Of a stretch of 64,000 nucleotides of DNA, positions 58,131 through 64,000 are shown piece after piece. Source of the stretch: Macrostomum lignano (Eukaryota). The DNA lies in contig NIVC01002954.1 in NCBI GenBank assembly GCA_002269645.1, positions 1 to 64,000 on the forward strand, given 5' to 3'. Both the position numbers and the translations under genes were made by a program. Each line of letters opens with the position of its first letter. The first letter of the stretch is position 1. The notes under the pieces were generated by a model. The model searched no databases and was not told the DNA's origin. It worked only from the letters and a program-made list of their open reading frames with translations.

Positions 58131-58814
58131 GTTGTGGTGTGTAAATGTACTCACGAGCCTCCGATTCGAAACATTTTTTTACAGAGAAAAGCATTAAAAA
58201 TTAGGTCTTGAGATATGAAAGTACATTTATCATGCTGAAGCTGTTGGCTTTCCACTTGTAAACAGAACAGCTCAAGCTTGAAAAAAACCGAGAAGAGAAA
58301 ATACGGTAAGGAATTCAAGAGGCCAAGAGACAGGGGCAAGAAATAGTTAAGTTTCTCAAACTGGGTTTCTTCGGCAATGTTTTGCGAACAAAGTGTGACT
58401 ATGGCTAAATGGCCAGGTACAGAAGAATACGAATGCATTTCTCCTTTTTACTGCCGAAAACTGCCTCTAAGCAGGAGGAGGGTTGGGGTCAGGGCGGGTT
58501 ACCTTTTAATGTTAGTCATTTTTTTGAATGGAAGATAGAAATGCGCCTCAGGGTAGGCATAAATGCAGCTGGAGGAGGCACTATGTATATAAATAAGGTT
58601 TTGTGCTCTCTGATGCATTCTCTTTATTCTTTCAATTGAGCTCTGAGCGTCAATAAACTCAGCTGGCTTGTGGCACCTTGTCTATGGGACAATTTTGCAT
58701 TCTAGTAAACTCGAGTTCATCGCTATTAACTGTAATATTGCAGATTTTGTTGCCTGCAAAGAGCAGCAAGTTATTTAGCGAAGCTAAGGCTGTAGGAGAA
58801 AACTGAAGACTAAA

Positions 58815-61800
58815 ATGTCTCGGCGTAGCGATTCGCGTCACTCGTCGCCTTTGTCGGTTCGCTCGTCTGCAGCCTCGGTCACCGAGCCGTCGGATCGTCT
58901 GCTGAGGTCTGAGTGCCGCCGCCAAGGTGGCAAGCATTGCGGTCACGTGGAATGCCAGGTAAATCATTGCTGTGTATTATCTAGAATGTGTCTTGTCCAT
59001 CATGTGGAATGTGTCTTGTCCATCATGTGGAATGTGTCTTGTCCATCATGTGGAATGTGTCTTGTCCATCATGTGGAATGTGTCTTGTCCATCATGTGGA
59101 ATGTGTCTTGTCCATCATGTGGAGTGTGTCTTGTCCATCATGTGGAGAGTGTCTTGTCCATCATGTGGAATGTGTCTTGTCCATCATGTGGAATGTGTCT
59201 TGTCCATCATGTGGAGTGTGTCTTGTCCATCATGTGGAATGTGTCTTGTCCATCATGTGGAATGTGTCTTGTCCATTATGTGGAATGTGTCTTGTCCATC
59301 ATGTGGAGTGTGTCTTGTCCATCATGTGGAATGTGTCTTGTCCATCATGTGGAGTGTGTCTTGTCCATCATGTGGAGTGTGTCTTGTCCATCATGTGGAA
59401 TGTGTCTTGTCCATCATGTGGAGTGTGTCTTGTCCATCATGTGGAGTGTGTCTTGTCCATCATTTGCAGTGTGTCTTGTCCATCATGTGGAGTGTGTCTT
59501 GTCCATCATGTGGAGTGTGTCCTGTCCATCATGTGGAATGTGTCTTGTCCATCATGTGGAGTGTGTCTTGTCCATCATGTGGAATGTGTCTTGTCCATCA
59601 TGTGGAGTGTGTCTTGTCCATCATGTGGAATGTGTCTTGTCCATCATGTGGAGTGTGTCTCGTCCATCATGTGGAGTGTGTCTCGTCCATCATGTGGAAT
59701 GTGTCTCGTCCATCATGTGGAGTGTGTCCTGTCCATCATGTGGAGTGTGTCTTGCCCATCATGTGGAATGTGTCTTGCCCATCATGTGGAATGTGTCTTG
59801 CCCATCATGTGGAATGTGTCTTGTCCATCATGTGGAATGTGTCTTTTCCATCATGTGGAATGTGTCTTGCCCTTCATGTGGAATGTGTCCCACAGGTCCA
59901 TATAACCTGAAGACTCATTAGTCATCGGTCTAGCGCTCTGCCATAAATATGCCTCATAAACATAACTCCGCAGGTGCGCTCGTCTCTATCCCGCCGATCA
60001 GGGGGTCATCAGCATGACCATGCCGCTCCAAGCCAGACGGCGACGCCCTCGTCTCTGTCCCCGACGCTGTCCACCGTATCGTCGTCCATAACAGACGCCC
60101 CAGCCGCCGTGGCTGCTGTTGGCAGCGTTGGAAATCTTCGTGGCTATCGAAATCGACGCATAGTAGAGAGCGCTGCAAGCGGCTCTTTGACTACTACGTC
60201 TACTAGAACTACTACTACTACTACTTATACTACTAGGCGAGTAGTAAGAAGCGGAACTAGCGCTAGCGGCAGTGTCAGCAATAGTGGATTCGTTGGCCTG
60301 CGATCGCGGCTAAGCTTTAGCAACAATAATAGCAACAGAAGCAGCCAAGAAGAGGAAGACGAAGAACTTCAAGAAGATGTCGACCAGCAGTTGGTTGCTT
60401 CTGAAAGCAGCAGCAAAATTGGCAGTTTTAGACGAATGTTAAGCGGCGGTTTCAGTTCCTTGTTGTGGAGCAGCAATAGTAATAACAGCAACAAGCGACA
60501 GACAGTGGAAGCTGAGGATGAGAGAGATATTGATGAAGCGCAGCTCAGCGATGCGGACGATCTGGTTATGGAGAAAGGGTCTATTGAAGCTCGCCTCGGC
60601 ACTAAAGACAATTTAGTGCCTGTTTATAGTGACCAGCTGGCCTCCACTGCCGCCGAGGACGCTGCGGGTGGCGTTGCCATGGAAACCAGAGCGAGAAGGC
60701 CAAGTCTAATTAGACGCGCGACTCATCCGTTGCTATGGTTACTTGGCGCGATCTATTATTTTGCTAAGCTGACTTTGAATCGTACTGCTAACAAATTATC
60801 AAACACAGCAAAGCATACGGTTGCCATGGTAACCAGTGGAATTGCGCTGTTATTAAATTCGGCACGCGCTGCTAGCTGCAGACTGGCAACAGGTATTGGT
60901 CAAGTTGGCGGCGGTATTAGGCGCGGATTCGCCAATGCGTTCGCTATGACTGTCGGTTCTGTTGCTTCCATGCTGAGGTACGCCAACAGGGCGACTCTTG
61001 TAGCCACTGCCTCTACTAAGTCCATAGCTGGTTGCGTCCTGCAGTACTCTGCGTCCGCAGTTCAAACCTTGGTGCTAACTACTCGAGAAAGAACCTATCG
61101 CAGTTTTGTTTTGATTAGTCCAAGCCGCAACAGGCACTTCTCCTGCTTGTGCTTTCTTGTCTTGCTTCTGCTATTGCTGCTGATTGTAATTGGTCTTCTG
61201 CTTTGGCTGGTGCCGACTAGTTCTGGGTACTACTCAAAACTGTCGCCGTCAGTCAGTCGGGCAGCAATCCGAGAGTCTGTCTCATCAGCTAGCAAGTCTG
61301 TTGCCAAGTTTGCTAGCCAAGCTTGGCATGTTGCCAACTCCGCTTCTAACTGCCTGTTGCTATGGTTACGCGATAGTTTTGTTGCTATAGCAACCATGGC
61401 TGCTAGCTTGGTGCCAACTTGGCCAGCTACTAATTTATCGACAGAGTCGAAGATTCCTTCGTCAGCTACGCCGCTGCCATCGCCGACTCCTGCTAGTGAG
61501 ACTGGCGCTGCCGCCAGTCCTGGCTGCTGTGGCGGCGTTGATCTGTCAGCTCTGGAACTGCAGGTGTCCGGTCTGCGCACCGCTGTAGCTGATCTTCAAC
61601 AGCAACGTCTTGATGCTGCTGCTGCCGCTGCGGCTACCACTTCTGCCGCCGCAGTTGATGTAGCCTCCATTGAAACTGTGCAGACTCTTGCTAACCAGCT
61701 CAAACAGTTGGAGCTGCGCTTTGCCAATACGGAAGCATCCACGGAGAAACTGTCTGCTTCGGTTAAGCTAGCAGTTGAGCAGTCGGCCGCCGCTCGTTCA

Positions 61801-62838
61801 GCTGATTCTGCCGAAGCTCTGTCAGCTTCTGTATCGTCAAAACTGGCCAGCGTCACGTCTCAGGTTGACTCCATTGCTCAGCGTTTGAGTCGCCAATTGG
61901 ATGAGACAGCGGCTACAGCCGACGCAGCCGCCGCCGCCTCAGCCGCCGCTGTGGCCGCTGTCAACCAATCAGAGTCCGCCAGGCGCTTAGAGCTAGCCAG
62001 CCTGCGCGCCGATCTAAGCAGACTAGCCAATCAGCATCGGAGATATTTCATCACAGTGTGGAATCGTGTACAATTATTGTCTGAATCGAATGCCGACTTG
62101 TTAGCTAGGAAAGATTCCGATTTTAAACAACAGCAACAGCAGCAAAAACAATTAGCAGATATTGAAGAGCTGCGAAAATCGGTGCTAGAATTTCAAACTC
62201 GTCTTAATCGATTAGAATCTGTTCAAGCTTCCATTTCTACTGGCAGCAGTAGTATGAGTGGCATGTCAGATTCTAAATCGGCCCGATGCCAATCGCCAGC
62301 CGATGAACTGGCAGATTTTGCTTTGCACACAGCCGGCGGCTATGTTGTCAGCATCCGGTGCACCAAGGCCTATACAGTTAAACGATCCTATTTCCACCTG
62401 TTCGGCGTACCTGTATTCTCCTATTCAAATGGGCCCAACGTTGCCCTACAGCCTGGCCTGCAGCTGGGCGAGTGCTGGCCATTCCTAGGCTTCCCCGGTC
62501 ACGTGATTGTCCGCCTGGCCGCGCCCGCCCGCGTCAGTCACGTGACCATTGATCACGTGCCGCGCAGCCTGACCTACAACGGGTCGGCGGACAGTGCGCC
62601 AAAGAATTTCTCAATCTACGGTCTGGTTAACGAGCAGGACTCATTTCAGCAGGCTCAGTTGCTGGGCGATTTTTCCTATGATGCCGATAAGGGACCGTCT
62701 AGCCAGACCTTCGCCATTCCGGCCGATAGTCCTCATCGCGATAGAGTCTATCCAGCTGTTGAACTCGTGATCCGCTCCAATCACGGAGCTGAGCACACCT
62801 GCCTATACCGGTTTCGGGTGCACGGCAGTTTGGTTTAG
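58815..62838 (+). CDS. SUN-domain inner nuclear membrane protein (SUN1/2, UNC-84-like); exons 58815-58958 and 59974-62838
   Basis: Phase-0 GT/AG intron. S/T-rich nucleoplasmic N-terminus, TM LCFLVLLLLLLLIVIGLLLWLV, coiled coils, C-terminal SUN domain DFAL..AGG.VV...GECWPF.G...VTIDH..SAPKNF..YG...SNHGAEHTCLYRFRVHG. Confidence 0.93.
58975..59890. repeat. 23-bp intronic minisatellite GTGTCTTGTCCATCATGTGGA(A/G)T
   Basis: Starts ~16 nt after the SUN exon-1 donor. Confidence 0.96.
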
Positions 62839-63379
62839 TAATAATAAAACAAAAAATAATTAATAAGAATGTATTTGGTCGCTTTCTTTTTACCTTTTCT
62901 TCCATCGGCTCGTTGTGTTTTTTTAGCTAACAGAAAACTAGAAAAATTGATTTATATCTCTCTAACACAGCTGCCAAACAATATTGCTAACTTGTTATTT
63001 TAGTTTTGTGTGCTTTTTCTAAAATTTATAAAGTAATAATCTAGCAACATTAGATGATTATATAAATTGTCTCATCTAACACAGCCTCCCCATAATGCAT
63101 ATTCAATATACACACTATATAATAAATATACGGCTTATACAATTCTTGTAGTTGAAAAGCAAATGTTAACAAACGAATTCATCATCATTATTTACTTAAT
63201 ATCTTCATATTCAGTCTTGTTTATTCGTCTGTCTTCCATAAATCCACACAATTTCGGAGAGCATTTGATTTAGTCATTTTCCACGATTGTTTGGCCTCCA
63301 TCTCCTTTCTATCTATTCACTCGATTCTCACTCTTTTCACTCTTTATTCTGTGCTTCCTGTCTTCTTTTCGCTGCTTTT

Positions 63380-64000
63380 TACCCTCCGCTTCCACTCTAT
63401 CTCCCGCATCCACTCTCTATCTCCCGCATCCACTCTCTATCTCCCGCTTCCACTCTCTATCTCCCGCTTCCACTCTATCTCCCGCTTCCACTCTCTATCT
63501 CCCGCTTCCACTCTCTATCTCCCGCATCCACTCTCTATCTCCCGCTTCCACTCTCTATCTCCCGCATCCACTTTCTATCTCCCGCTTCCAGTCTCTATCC
63601 CCGCATCCACTTTCTATCTCCCGCTTCCACTCTATCTCCCGCTTCCACTCTCTCCCGCTTCCACTCTCTATCTCCCGCTTCCACTCTCTCCCGCTTCCAC
63701 TCTCTATCTCCCGCTTCCACTCTCTATCTCCCACTTCCACTCTCTATCTCCCGCTTCCACTCTCTACCCCCGCTTCCACTCTCTATCTCCCGCATCCACT
63801 CTCTATCTCCCGCATCCACTCTCTCTCCCGCTTCCACTCTCTATCCCCGCTTCCACTCTCTATCCCCGCATCCACTCTATCTCCCGCTTCCACTCTCTAT
63901 CCCTGCATCCACTCTCTATCCCCGCTTCCACTCTATCTCCCCGCATCCACTCTATCTCCCGCTTCCACTCTCTCCCCCGCTTCCACTCTATCCGCGCTTC
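63380..64000. repeat. ~18-20-bp minisatellite CCACTCTCTATCTCCCGC(T/A)T
   Basis: Tandem array running off the window end. Confidence 0.93.

Noticed and set aside
58959-59921. Cys/His-rich 'zinc-finger-like' ORFs (CPSCGMC..HH)
   Set aside because: 23-bp satellite inside SUN intron 1; open in all three frames.

Overview
Eukaryotic (animal) genomic DNA. The minisatellite-filled introns and an 'RNW'-type orphan GPCR suggest a flatworm such as Macrostomum (inference). Positions 1-9661 are the right-hand part of an AT-rich endogenous Polinton/Maverick (adintovirus-like) element. It encodes a fibre, adenain protease, penton, A32-type packaging ATPase, double-jelly-roll major capsid protein, an HNH endonuclease and a parvovirus-type PLA2-integrase fusion, and it ends in an ...ACTACT terminus abutting a host satellite. 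The stand-out observation, which the ORF track does not show, is a complete endonuclease-less group I self-splicing intron (about 7294-7619; P1, P3, P4, P5abc, P7, P8 and P9 can all be paired by eye). It splits the PLA2 Ca-binding loop, and a free-standing HNH endonuclease gene lies immediately upstream, an arrangement resembling collaborative homing. The element terminus is also a ~270-nt self-complementary hairpin with a 110-nt C-free loop. The rest of the window is host DNA: a 4-exon degenerate rhodopsin-like GPCR, a ~19-exon type IV-like diacylglycerol kinase lacking ankyrin repeats, a SUN-domain gene, a full-length MULE transposon with TIRs and TSD, several hAT-type/MITE elements, a tRNA-derived SINE family, and more than 25 distinct minisatellites. 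Most long ORFs in the track are repeat artefacts.
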